Of a stretch of 64,000 nt of DNA, positions 10,156 through 18,828 are shown one piece after another; position 1 is the stretch's first letter; the number at the start of each line of letters is the position of its first letter. Location: positions 1,120,001 to 1,184,000 of the forward strand of contig CAXXVS010000001.1 in NCBI GenBank assembly GCA_963674755.2, given 5' to 3'. The position numbers and the translations under genes are program-made. Source of the stretch: Desulfobacterales bacterium (GTDB lineage Bacteria > Desulfobacterota > Desulfobacteria > Desulfobacterales > UBA5852). Under the pieces are notes generated by a model. The model was not told the origin of the DNA. It searched no databases and was given only the letters and a program-made list of their open reading frames with translations.

Positions 10156-10393
10156 AGATGTTGCAGCGCTCGATATCACAAACGACGATGCGGGGCGTCA
10201 GGAGTGTCTAAGTGGGAATGGCTTGGCATAGCGGAAAAGAAGAACGAGGTTTAAATTTTAGTAACGCAGAATTTCATGGACGACACCGTTCCCCAGCCTT
10301 GTGAAAAAACTGCTGGGCCTATAAGTGGATTCCTTAGCAGCCTAAGGGGCGGCAGTGATGAACGCGAGCTGGCCGAAACGAAAGGTCCAGCCT

Positions 10394-10452
10394 GCTCAAT
10401 GCCACGGCTCAGGCGCCGCTAATAGCAGTCGCTTGCAGCCGCTTTGTTCGGC
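10394..10452 (-). mobile_element. Integron attC-like recombination site (59 bp)
   Basis: Minus strand reads GCCGAAC-AAAGC-GGCTGCAA-GCGACTGCTATTAGCGGCGC-CTGAGCC-GTGGC-ATTGAGC: R''/L''/L'/R' boxes with 5-nt spacers and an extrahelical G, starting 2 nt after the gene's stop codon. The core GTT appears as ATT. Confidence 0.7.
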
Positions 10453-10454
10453 TC

Positions 10455-11195
10455 CTATATCCTCACTGATCCATAGTCTGTTGTGCCCAGATCCTTGTCC
10501 ATCAAAAACAGGAAATGGTGGGTATGGGGAGATATCTGCTTCGCCAAATCTCCTAATCCACCGATCGTAAACAGCCGACTTAGCGAACGAGTGAGTCGTT
10601 CACAATGGACTGTCAGTTTTCTATTGATCAGACAATGGATAGCTGTGCTTTGCTTTGGATTCGCTATACGTTCCACCCAATTCGGATCATCTTGCAGGAC
10701 TTCCATTTCGAGTTTTTGCCACTCTTCGTCCGGAGAGGGGCCTGGATCAGCGTCATCAAGAACAACATTGAGATTATAGTACCTTGCACTTTGAGCAAAC
10801 TGTGACATGATTTCGACAAGTCGTCTCAGCCTCTTGTCGTTTCGGAGGAATTCGATATCATGCTTGGCAGCAGGGATCTGTGAGAGGTATTCGTTGGAGA
10901 AGCAATCTTGGGTTATTCGCTTCAACAGCCATGTGAGATCATGAGTTGGATTCTTGCTACCGCTTTTCTTTGAAAGGGCACTTCGGTCAGGGAATTGACC
11001 TTTTATCTGCAGATAATGGCAGCATATCACTACCTTCATAAGTCTTTCCAGACCTGACGATAGCAAGAGAATTGGCATATGGAAAAAATCCGATTCTCCA
11101 TTCATCCGATTAAGTTCACGCAAGCCCGTTTTTACGAGCCTCATTGCTGTAAGTAGCTCTTCTCCGATCATTACATTTTGCATAATAGTTGGCAT
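10455..11195 (-). CDS. Hypothetical protein, HEPN-like, carried on a putative gene cassette
   Basis: 246 aa, AT-richer than its flanks, with ERLMK, HDL and ARY motifs spaced as in HEPN-fold proteins. Confidence 0.65.
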   Translation of the reverse strand: MPTIMQNVMIGEELLTAMRLVKTGLRELNRMNGESDFFHMPILLLSSGLERLMKVVICCHYLQIKGQFPDRSALSKKSGSKNPTHDLTWLLKRITQDCFSNEYLSQIPAAKHDIEFLRNDKRLRRLVEIMSQFAQSARYYNLNVVLDDADPGPSPDEEWQKLEMEVLQDDPNWVERIANPKQSTAIHCLINRKLTVHCERLTRSLSRLFTIGGLGDLAKQISPHTHHFLFLMDKDLGTTDYGSVRI

Positions 11196-11209
11196 CGTCT
11201 AACTACAAA

Positions 11210-11257
11210 ACCGAACGGCTCGGGCGTCCAGGACGCCCATGATTTCATGCGTTAGCA
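11210..11257 (-). mobile_element. Degenerate attC-like site upstream of the cassette gene
   Basis: Minus strand reads TGCTAAC-GCATG-AAATCAT-GGGCGTCC-T-GGACGCCC-GAGCC-GTTCGGT. The inner hairpin is perfect but the L' box is missing. GTTCGGT is complementary to the downstream GCCGAAC. Confidence 0.45.
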
Positions 11258-11834
11258 TCTATCGAATGGTGTCCCGTCTTTGCGGCTTCCTTATCTCGCG
11301 GGGTGATATAGACGGCCGTTCATACTAATGGGGTCCTTTTACACCCGACACGCGAATCATCTTGTAAGCGTCGATAGAGGGGTTAGAACTTCTCCATGTC
11401 GGGTACGTTTTAACCCCATTGGTAAGTATCAGCATATAATTTTATGGCAACATGTGCGCAAGTTCCAAAGCGCGACATATTAGCAGAACGGTGACACTAA
11501 CACCGCGTTGTTCCGCATTGCACGGGTAAGGCAGGTCCGGCTTGGGGGATTATGCCAAAAACGCATACCAGAATTTCGTTATAAGGACAAGGACTTGCTG
11601 ATTGAGCAGTAGATGAAAACAGGGAGTTGGCTTGTTCGGAGAATGGCAAAAGGGCCGCGACCTTCACACCTGACATCCCTTTAATATGCACATCGATTAA
11701 GAGGCCTTCCGCATCGCCGGCTTGTTGAAAGCTATTCGTCTTTATTTTGGGGGTGTACGTAACTCAATAGGGCGAAATCAGCGCAGCGGTGTTCTATTCG
11801 ATAAGTTTCCTGACGCTGATGGGATTGGAAGGCA

Positions 11835-12257
11835 TCAATCGATTCTGCTTTCATTGATCACGATATCGGTGTACGGAGAAACGGCATAAAGTAGTTCATT
11901 TAATTTTTCGACGGTGGGCGTTGATTTGCCCTGCTCGTACCGGGCATACGCGTTGCGGGACGACATTCCCAAACGCTGGGCGACCTGGGCGAGTGAAAGG
12001 CCACTGCTTTCGCGTTTTCGCCTCAAAAGCAGGCTGATTAAGTGTTTCGGTTCTGTAGCACCGATTTCAAACGTTCCCTTCGGCCCTTTAAACACCTTGG
12101 CTTTAAATCCATCCTTATTGACCATCGTTTCGAGCATATCGGCGACCATTTCGTAGGCCTCTTTTTGGGTCCGCCCCTGGGTCATTAAATCCAGCATTGG
12201 GATTTCAGCCAACCAAAATTTATCGTCCTTATAAATTCTTCCCGTAAATCGCATCAT
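11835..12257 (-). CDS. hicB: HicB-family antitoxin with C-terminal Xre/Cro HTH
   Basis: N-terminal WLAEIPMLDLMTQGRTQKEA; C-terminal GLSLAQVAQRLG...YARYEQGKSTPT. Confidence 0.85.
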   Translation of the reverse strand: MMRFTGRIYKDDKFWLAEIPMLDLMTQGRTQKEAYEMVADMLETMVNKDGFKAKVFKGPKGTFEIGATEPKHLISLLLRRKRESSGLSLAQVAQRLGMSSRNAYARYEQGKSTPTVEKLNELLYAVSPYTDIVINESRID

Positions 12258-12258
12258 T

Positions 12259-12432
12259 TTATCTCCGTCGTGCTTTGCGCAAAATTGAGCGGGCAAGCTT
12301 TTCATTAATTTCGTTATGCCTCGGGATGGGTTCTTGTCGGTCGCCGTTTGTCCAAATATCATGGTTCCCGCCGTGGCGCAGCAGCCACCATCCCAATTTT
12401 TTAAGCTCATCTTCCAAATTTTTTCTCTTCAT
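12259..12432 (-). CDS. hicA: HicA-family toxin (57 aa)
   Basis: MKRKNLEDELKKLGWWLLRHGGNHDIW...IPRHNEI, with the catalytic GxH motif. Confidence 0.88.
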   Translation of the reverse strand: MKRKNLEDELKKLGWWLLRHGGNHDIWTNGDRQEPIPRHNEINEKLARSILRKARRR

Positions 12433-12438
12433 GGATAA

Positions 12439-12467
12439 AACGTACACGTATAAGTGTGCATTGTCAA
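12439..12467 (-). promoter_or_regulatory. sigma70-type promoter of hicAB-2
   Basis: TTGACA, 17-nt spacer, TACGTT, then 6 nt to ATG. The imperfect palindrome TGCAC...GTGTA lies in the spacer. Confidence 0.55.
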
Positions 12468-12676
12468 CCTGGATGTCAAGTGACATTAAGCGGCAGATGC
12501 TGAAGGACGCGGAGGTTATGCAAAACCGATGATGTGTTTAGGTCGGATAGGCAACGACGTTATGCGTTTGCCGCAACAATATGGCACATAGCATTTGTTG
12601 CACATTACGCTGTTCTGGCTCCGTTCGACTATATCTCTAAGAAAAATCCTAGTTTTGAAAAACCACTATGTGGCAT

Positions 12677-13078
12677 CTAGATCCGGGGGATAGGCGGGGA
12701 CGTGCTACAATTGATACTGTCTCCCTCCAACCATGCCAAGGCTTCGGTCATATCGAGAAAGATTTCCGAGCAGCAGCCGGCACATTCGGCATTGATACAG
12801 AACATGCGGCCTATGGCGTAGGTAAAGGAGCCGCGCTCGGCCACGAATACGATTTTTTTGAAGAGCTGATGGCGCTTCAAGTCGTAAACGATCGCTTCGA
12901 TCTCCTGGCCGGACAGGTCGACATGGGCTTCCCGGAGATCGACCATGAGATCGATCGGCAGGTGAAAACAGGGATCCGTCTTGATTTGATCCCAAGTGTC
13001 GAAGAAATCTTGGGCGGTGACGTCGCCCTGGGCCTTGAACATCAGCACATCATTTTTAATGAGGTGGGCAACAGGCAT
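12677..13078 (-). CDS. STAS/SEC14 (SpoIIAA-like) domain protein
   Basis: Motifs GDVT..DF, LMVDLREA, KIVFVA and C-terminal F..MTEALAWL. Confidence 0.7.
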   Translation of the reverse strand: MPVAHLIKNDVLMFKAQGDVTAQDFFDTWDQIKTDPCFHLPIDLMVDLREAHVDLSGQEIEAIVYDLKRHQLFKKIVFVAERGSFTYAIGRMFCINAECAGCCSEIFLDMTEALAWLEGDSINCSTSPPIPRI

Positions 13079-13350
13079 AAGGTTTGATATCGCTATCTGG
13101 GTGGCGGAATTGCCGGCTTGAGGTAATGATTAACAGAAAAAATGAACAATATCAACAACAGGGGAGTTGTGGTGATTTCCCGGAGGAACAAATGCGGAAC
13201 AATTGCCATGTAACCTTTGGCCCGAACCCTGGTCTGTAGTCGACAAGAGCCCGGCATCCGACGCGGGAGGTGGTCGTCCGACCGGCCGCCGGAAGCAGCG
13301 ATGCGGAAAACTTCCAACGACAATCAAATTTCCATAGAGGAGAACAGGGT

Positions 13351-13881
13351 ATGCGACAACGATGGAACCCTTATCTGGCCGGTGGTCTGGCCGGGATTGT
13401 GCTGGTGGCCTCCGTGGCAGTGGCCGGACACTACTTCGGCGCTTCGACGACTTTCGCCCGGGGAGCGGCGGCTATTGAACAGACCGTGGGCGTCGATACC
13501 GCGCAGTATGAATACTTTACCGCCAAAAACGGCAAATACGGCGCCGGATCGCTTCCCAACTGGCAGCTGCTCTTCGTTTTCGGGGTCGCTTTGGGAAGCC
13601 TGGGGGCGGCGTTGGCCTCCCGGACGTTTGAAATCAAAAAGGTGCCTGACATGTGGGCCGCCCGTTTCGGCGATCGTCCACTGTGGCGCAACCTGACTGC
13701 TTTTGCCGGCGGCCTGGTGCTCATCATCGGGGCCCGCCTGGCCGGCGGATGTCCCAGCGGCCATGGGTTGAGCGGATTGTCCCAACTGGCGGTGAGCGGT
13801 TTTGTGGCCCTGGCCTTTTTCTTCGTCGGCGGATGGCTGACAGCCAATTTACTCTATGCGAAGCGGGGAGGTCGCTCATGA
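13351..13881 (+). CDS. YeeE/YedE sulfur-compound (thiosulfate) transporter family protein
   Basis: Motifs WNPYLAG and GARLAGGCPSGHG; RBS GAGGAG before ATG 13351. Confidence 0.88.
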   Translation: MRQRWNPYLAGGLAGIVLVASVAVAGHYFGASTTFARGAAAIEQTVGVDTAQYEYFTAKNGKYGAGSLPNWQLLFVFGVALGSLGAALASRTFEIKKVPDMWAARFGDRPLWRNLTAFAGGLVLIIGARLAGGCPSGHGLSGLSQLAVSGFVALAFFFVGGWLTANLLYAKRGGRS

Positions 13882-14402
13882 GTCTCATATATGGTTTGGT
13901 TTCGGGAATTCTTTTCGGCATCCTGCTGCAGCGGGCGGAAGTCCTGCGCTACGATCGCCAGGTGGGCGCCCTGCGGCTCCTGGACATGACGATTTTCAAA
14001 TTCATGCTGTCGGCGATCCTGGTGGCGTCGGTGGGCATTTATCTTCTGAAAGACATGGGACTGGCGGCGCTCAATATCAAGGCCACCGGATTGGGGGCCC
14101 AGATCGTGGGCGGCACCCTGTTCGGGATCGGCTGGGGACTCCTGGGCTACTGCCCGGGCACGGCCGGCGGGGCGCTGGCCGAAGGCCGCCTGGACGCCTT
14201 CTGGGGTCTGGCGGGCATGCTGGCGGGCGGCGGTATTTACGCGGCCCTCTATCCGACCTTCAAGGCCACCGTATTATCCTGGGGCAACCTGGGCAAGGTG
14301 ACGCTGCCCCAGGCGATGGGAGTTTCCCCTTGGATCGTGATCGTCACCATGGCCCTCTTGTTTTTGGCGATGTTCCGGCTGTTTGAGAAAAGGGGACTTT
14401 AA
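13878..14402 (+). CDS. YeeE/YedE family membrane protein (second half-type)
   Basis: Motif GGTLFGIGWGLLGYCPG; ATGA overlap with the upstream gene. Confidence 0.88.
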   Translation: MSLIYGLVSGILFGILLQRAEVLRYDRQVGALRLLDMTIFKFMLSAILVASVGIYLLKDMGLAALNIKATGLGAQIVGGTLFGIGWGLLGYCPGTAGGALAEGRLDAFWGLAGMLAGGGIYAALYPTFKATVLSWGNLGKVTLPQAMGVSPWIVIVTMALLFLAMFRLFEKRGL

Positions 14403-14423
14403 TATGGTCTAATTCCGTCAACT

Positions 14424-14680
14424 CTGGTGCAGGATCCGGAGAGGTTTTGCCGATCCTGGGTGCTTTCCAATAAAAAGTTTCTTCCTTTTCTTTCCCGTGA
14501 AAGAAAAGGAAGCCAAAAGAAACCGCCCGTGTCCCGCTCAACCCTGCGCGTCGTCGTGGCGGACGGAGCGCGCGGAAACTCGCTTTGCTCAAACCCGCCT
14601 GCGGCAAGCCTTCGGCGGACAAGCAGTCCGCGCGCTTTAATCCGTCCGCCCCGCCGATGCTCGGCGCGGGACAAAGGGAA
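14424..14680. repeat. Structured intergenic repeat, copy 1
   Basis: Closely matches 19443-19669. Contains a perfect 14-bp hairpin (14481-14512) and nested stems tgtcccgc/gcgggaca, ggcggacgga/tccgtccgcc and gcgcgcgga/tccgcgcgc. Confidence 0.9.
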
Positions 14681-14985
14681 TAATGAAAACCATAAACCCA
14701 AAAACCGACCCCTCTGCAACCGGCCGGCTACCTGACCATCATTCCCCGGTGGGGCCACCTTTCTGTATGATGGTGTCCCCTGACCGTCCTTTCCTCCCCG
14801 TCCGAGACGTTGACAACGACCGTTGGCGCCTGTCGGTCCTGCTTGATTCCCTGTCGTTTTCCGCCTAAACTGGCTGTCAGATACCAGGTTTGCCTTCATG
14901 GCGTGTCCGTCCAGCGATGGCATCTTTTGGCCCCGGCCGGAACTAACATCGACCACCTCTGGACCGATACTGAGGAGACTTTATC

Positions 14986-16671
14986 ATGCCAGAAATGACC
15001 AAATCCCAAAAAGCCCGGGTGGCGATCCGCAGCTTCAAAACCGGTGTGGACGCCATCGGGTTGCGCGGTTATTACCGCCCCAAAGATATGATCGGGCAGG
15101 TCCTGGCCGACAGCCTGCGCACCCTGAGCCCGGAGATTTACGGCTCCATGAACGATCCCCGGGTGGTGGAGCTCCAGGGGCTGGAATACGTGATCGACCG
15201 GCTGCCGCGGGGCATCGAGCGTTGCAGCCGCATCATTCTGACGGAAGAGGAGGGCTTCGAAGGGACCAATTTCGAAAAGATCGAGCCGCCCAAACGCCGC
15301 CGGACGTCCTACCTGGTGAGCGAGACCGAAATGTGCTTCGTCATCACCCGGGGCTTGAGCGAGATCTACGACATCATGACCCACCTGACCTTTCTCAACA
15401 GCGAAGCCCAGAAAATCCAGGAACGCATGCGGGATGAGTCCGGGCGCCTGACGGTGGAATGGAAGGAGCTGGAAAAGGTCGTCCAGGGACGGCTGCCCTC
15501 CGGCGGCGAACTGGACCAGGCCCTCTGGAATCTGAGCATCATTCTGGGCCGCTCCTTTCAGCAAACCCGGGCGACCTTCGAAAATTTCGAGGAAGAACGC
15601 CAGAAGAGCAACAGCAATGCCGGCCTGTTTGCCCTGATCTATCACCTCGGCCGCCGCATCGACGAAGAAAAGCAGCACCCGGAAAGCGCCCTGATCGTCT
15701 ACCTGACGCCCTCCCTGATGAACGGCATCGGCCACCACAAGTACGGCAAGCCCTGGGCCATCGCCATCAAACGCAAACTGATCGAACTGGGACTGGCCGA
15801 CCGCCCCTTGCACATCATCAGTGCCAACCTGCACAGCGTGGTCAATTTGCTCTATGGGCCGGCGGCCCTGCAAGCAGCCGGCCGGGGGGATGCGGCGGGC
15901 TCCATGGTGGACATGGTCAAACTGATCCTTGAAGAAAAAATCGATGTCTGCGCCGCCGGTGCGTGCGGTGGCCTGACCTTTATGCCGGATGAGGCCGGAA
16001 CCCACGTGGGCTGCCAGATCATCGACACCGCCCGGCTGGACCCGGCGGCGGCCCATCCGGATCTGAATCTGGCCCCGCTGCGGGAAGGCGCCGTCCGGCC
16101 CGTCATTCTCGTCATGGACTACGCCTTCGGCGTGCAGGCCTTCGAGCTGATGGAAAACCTGCTCTATCCGCACTGGGACAACGATCACCCCCACCTGTTC
16201 GATATCCGCTCCATTGCCGTGATGGGCAAGGCCGGCATTCTCTCGGGCAATAAAGGGGATATCATGCTGGCCAGCGCCCATGTGATCGAGGGCACCACCG
16301 ACAACTACACCGTGCCCAACGATCTGACGCCGGAAGATTTCGGCGCCGACATCCCCGTCTACACGGGCCCCATGCTGACGGTGCTGGGCACTTCGCTGCA
16401 GAACCGGGACGTGCTGCGCCGCATCCAGCGCGGCTGGAATGCCGTGGGGCTAGAAATGGAGGGCGGCCACTACCAGCGCGCCATCAATGCGGCGATTATC
16501 AAGGGCAACATCCCGTCCCATACCAAGACCCGCTATGTCTACTATGCCTCGGACAATCCCCTGCAAAGCGGTCAGACCCTGGCGTCCGGCCCCATGGGGC
16601 TGGAGGGGCTCGCGCCAACCTACCTGATTACCAAGGTCCTGCTGGAAAAAATTCTGGCCGCAAGCGTTTGA
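14986..16671 (+). CDS. DUF6909-like protein with C-terminal nucleoside phosphorylase/nucleosidase-like domain
   Basis: N-terminal SPEIYGS, RLPRGIE, KRRR and YDIMTHLTFL; C-terminal MGKAG...GDI and GLEMEGG. RBS GAGGAG. Confidence 0.75.
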   Translation: MPEMTKSQKARVAIRSFKTGVDAIGLRGYYRPKDMIGQVLADSLRTLSPEIYGSMNDPRVVELQGLEYVIDRLPRGIERCSRIILTEEEGFEGTNFEKIEPPKRRRTSYLVSETEMCFVITRGLSEIYDIMTHLTFLNSEAQKIQERMRDESGRLTVEWKELEKVVQGRLPSGGELDQALWNLSIILGRSFQQTRATFENFEEERQKSNSNAGLFALIYHLGRRIDEEKQHPESALIVYLTPSLMNGIGHHKYGKPWAIAIKRKLIELGLADRPLHIISANLHSVVNLLYGPAALQAAGRGDAAGSMVDMVKLILEEKIDVCAAGACGGLTFMPDEAGTHVGCQIIDTARLDPAAAHPDLNLAPLREGAVRPVILVMDYAFGVQAFELMENLLYPHWDNDHPHLFDIRSIAVMGKAGILSGNKGDIMLASAHVIEGTTDNYTVPNDLTPEDFGADIPVYTGPMLTVLGTSLQNRDVLRRIQRGWNAVGLEMEGGHYQRAINAAIIKGNIPSHTKTRYVYYASDNPLQSGQTLASGPMGLEGLAPTYLITKVLLEKILAASV

Positions 16672-16714
16672 GGCCGGCCGCCTTCCGGCATCGCCGATCC
16701 CACTGATAAAACGG

Positions 16715-18115
16715 TTGTTCTTTTACCGGGGCCTTGTTAAGGGAGCCTGCCATGGAGCCACCCGGGGAAGCTCACCATTGGAGCGAGGGGAAGATCAGGC
16801 CGTGCTGGAATGGCAGCATGACATACCGACGCGCTATTTTGCGACCTACGAAGATCTGGAAGAAGCCTTCCGCCGGCGTGTGGGCGGGCTGGTGCCGCGT
16901 TACCATGCCGGCACGCGTGTCTTCTGGGAGGATTTTCAGCAGCTCTACGAACGCCCCCTGACCGGCGTGGAAGAACCCTACCAGGCCTATATTACCAGCA
17001 ACCCCCGGGACTGCCTGGCCTTTGGCACCCCGTCCCAGGTCCTCCAGGGGGCCTGGCTGTCGGCCGCCCGGCGCCACGCCGATCCCCTGGCGGAACCGGA
17101 CCGGGTGGCGGAGCACTTCCAGCTGACCGGCCACCTGCACCAGTCGATCCGATCGCTATCCGGCGGGGAAACCGTGCGCCTGGCCCTGGCCAAGGCCTAC
17201 CTGCTGGCCTCCTGCGCGTCGCGTCTGACGGTGGCCAGCCCTTTCAGCTGGCTGGCTCTCGATCATTGGGGGGATTTCCGGCGTTTGGCCGACTACTACC
17301 GGGCCTGCCGGACCGCGGTCGAGCTTTTGGCCCTGGAAGGCGAAGACAGCATGGCGCCGGCCGCCCCGGATCGTCATCCCGATCCGGCGTCCGTCCATTT
17401 TGCCTGGCGTTTGAAGGACCTCCGCCTGGACCTGGGATCCCTGCTGGATCATCTGCACGACCGGCCGGTGCAGGCCGCGGTGGCCGCGGTCGAAGAACCC
17501 CTGCTATCCCCCTGCCTCTTCCAGGGCGACAACGGCCAGGGCAAAAGCCTGGTCGCCAAGGCCCTTGCGGCGGCCATGCCGTATCGGGGGGAGGCCGCCG
17601 TCCTGGGACCCGACGGCCCCCTGCGCGTGCGCCTTGTTTTTCAGGATGTTCTCAATCAGACCCTGATGCGGTCCCGCAGGCAGCTGATCCCGCGGGAGAG
17701 GGCCGATGAGGCCGCCCGGGCCTATGATGATATCCTGGCCGGCATGCAGCGCCGCGGGCCGGCCTTAAACGGCGGCCTGCCCGCTTTTGCGCAGCAGGGA
17801 AAGACGACGGCCCCCTTGCGGCTGCTGGAGATCAAAATGCTTCTGGCGGCCGTGCGGCTGGCCGAGCCGCAGACCGCCCTGGTTCTGGACGAACCGGACT
17901 GGGGCCTGACCCGCGACCAGGCCATCGCTTATGTAGCGGCGGTGGTGGATGCCGCCCATGGGCGCGGCATCCCGGTGATGTTAATTTCCCACAAACCCTG
18001 GTGGCGGTCCGTGGCCCACAGCGTGCGCACCTTTCGCAAGGAGGCGTCCCCTGATAGTGAAACAGGGGTTCTCTTTCGGATCTGTATCGACGCCACTCCG
18101 GCAGGTGCGCCGTGA
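16715..18115 (+). CDS. Atypical tandem ABC ATPase, putative ECF A component (start uncertain; GTG 16802 possible)
   Basis: The N-half has LSGGE. The C-half has GDNGQGKS, LVFQD, LVLDEP and ISH. Confidence 0.75.
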   Translation: MFFYRGLVKGACHGATRGSSPLERGEDQAVLEWQHDIPTRYFATYEDLEEAFRRRVGGLVPRYHAGTRVFWEDFQQLYERPLTGVEEPYQAYITSNPRDCLAFGTPSQVLQGAWLSAARRHADPLAEPDRVAEHFQLTGHLHQSIRSLSGGETVRLALAKAYLLASCASRLTVASPFSWLALDHWGDFRRLADYYRACRTAVELLALEGEDSMAPAAPDRHPDPASVHFAWRLKDLRLDLGSLLDHLHDRPVQAAVAAVEEPLLSPCLFQGDNGQGKSLVAKALAAAMPYRGEAAVLGPDGPLRVRLVFQDVLNQTLMRSRRQLIPRERADEAARAYDDILAGMQRRGPALNGGLPAFAQQGKTTAPLRLLEIKMLLAAVRLAEPQTALVLDEPDWGLTRDQAIAYVAAVVDAAHGRGIPVMLISHKPWWRSVAHSVRTFRKEASPDSETGVLFRICIDATPAGAP

Positions 18116-18828
18116 AAGTTATTCTGCGATTGATCGGTCTGGCGGTTCTGGCCGTGCCGGTTTTTGCCGGTCTCGCCCTCGTGCCGGAAGGACAGGCGGC
18201 GCTGCCCGGCGTGGCCTGGGGGCCGGTGGTGAATACGGCGCTGGTCATGGCAGGTGTGGCCGGTTTGTGCGGGCGGGCTTTCCTGGCCAACGCCCTGGCG
18301 GTCACGACCCTCATTCTGGTGCCCATTGCCTTCGGGGGCGGCCTGGTCGCCTGGCTGCTGGAGATTATGGGCGGGGTGTCCCCGGCTGCCGCCGGAGCCT
18401 TGCACGGTGCCCATTACATCCGTCTGACCCTGAACATGCTGGGCGTGATTCCCCTGGCGCTGGCCCTGGTGGCGTCCATCCCTTTCGACCGCCTGGAGCA
18501 GGGGCTGCTGCGCCGGGAGCGGGGCATAGCGACCGGCGAGAAATATCTTCTCATGTTTATCCGCGTATTCCATCATATCGTCTATTTTGTTATACCCAAT
18601 ATTCTGGAAGTCATGCGGGAGGAGGCCCTCCTGCGCCGCTTTTCCGAAACCGCGCCGGGTTTGACGGGCCGTCGCCGCGGGCGGGTGTGGGTCCGCCGCC
18701 TGATGGCCGGCCTTGTGCAGGTAGGCGTCAGCGGCATCTGCGCGGCGCTGCGCTTTATCCCGCTCTGGGCCAGGGAGATCGATGACCTGCCCGGCCGAAC
18801 CGCTCAACAGCACAGGAGCCAATTGTGA
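18112..18828 (+). CDS. Membrane protein, putative divergent ECF T component
   Basis: Several TM segments followed by Arg-rich amphipathic helices; GTGA overlaps on both sides, between the ATPase and the S component. Confidence 0.6.
   Translation: MKVILRLIGLAVLAVPVFAGLALVPEGQAALPGVAWGPVVNTALVMAGVAGLCGRAFLANALAVTTLILVPIAFGGGLVAWLLEIMGGVSPAAAGALHGAHYIRLTLNMLGVIPLALALVASIPFDRLEQGLLRRERGIATGEKYLLMFIRVFHHIVYFVIPNILEVMREEALLRRFSETAPGLTGRRRGRVWVRRLMAGLVQVGVSGICAALRFIPLWAREIDDLPGRTAQQHRSQL

Noticed and set aside
11258..11834. Further attC-like half-sites (GTTAGTG, TCCGAAC) and ORF 11497..11691
   Set aside because: No paired L/R boxes could be built and the ORF has no RBS or motif; at most decayed cassette DNA.
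13079..13350. Possible riboswitch upstream of the YeeE pair
   Set aside because: I could not match any SAM, Moco or TPP consensus by eye.
14344..14956. ORFs overlapping the structured repeat (also 19211..19700)
   Set aside because: Their similar translations simply reflect the DNA repeat; there is no RBS or protein-like composition.
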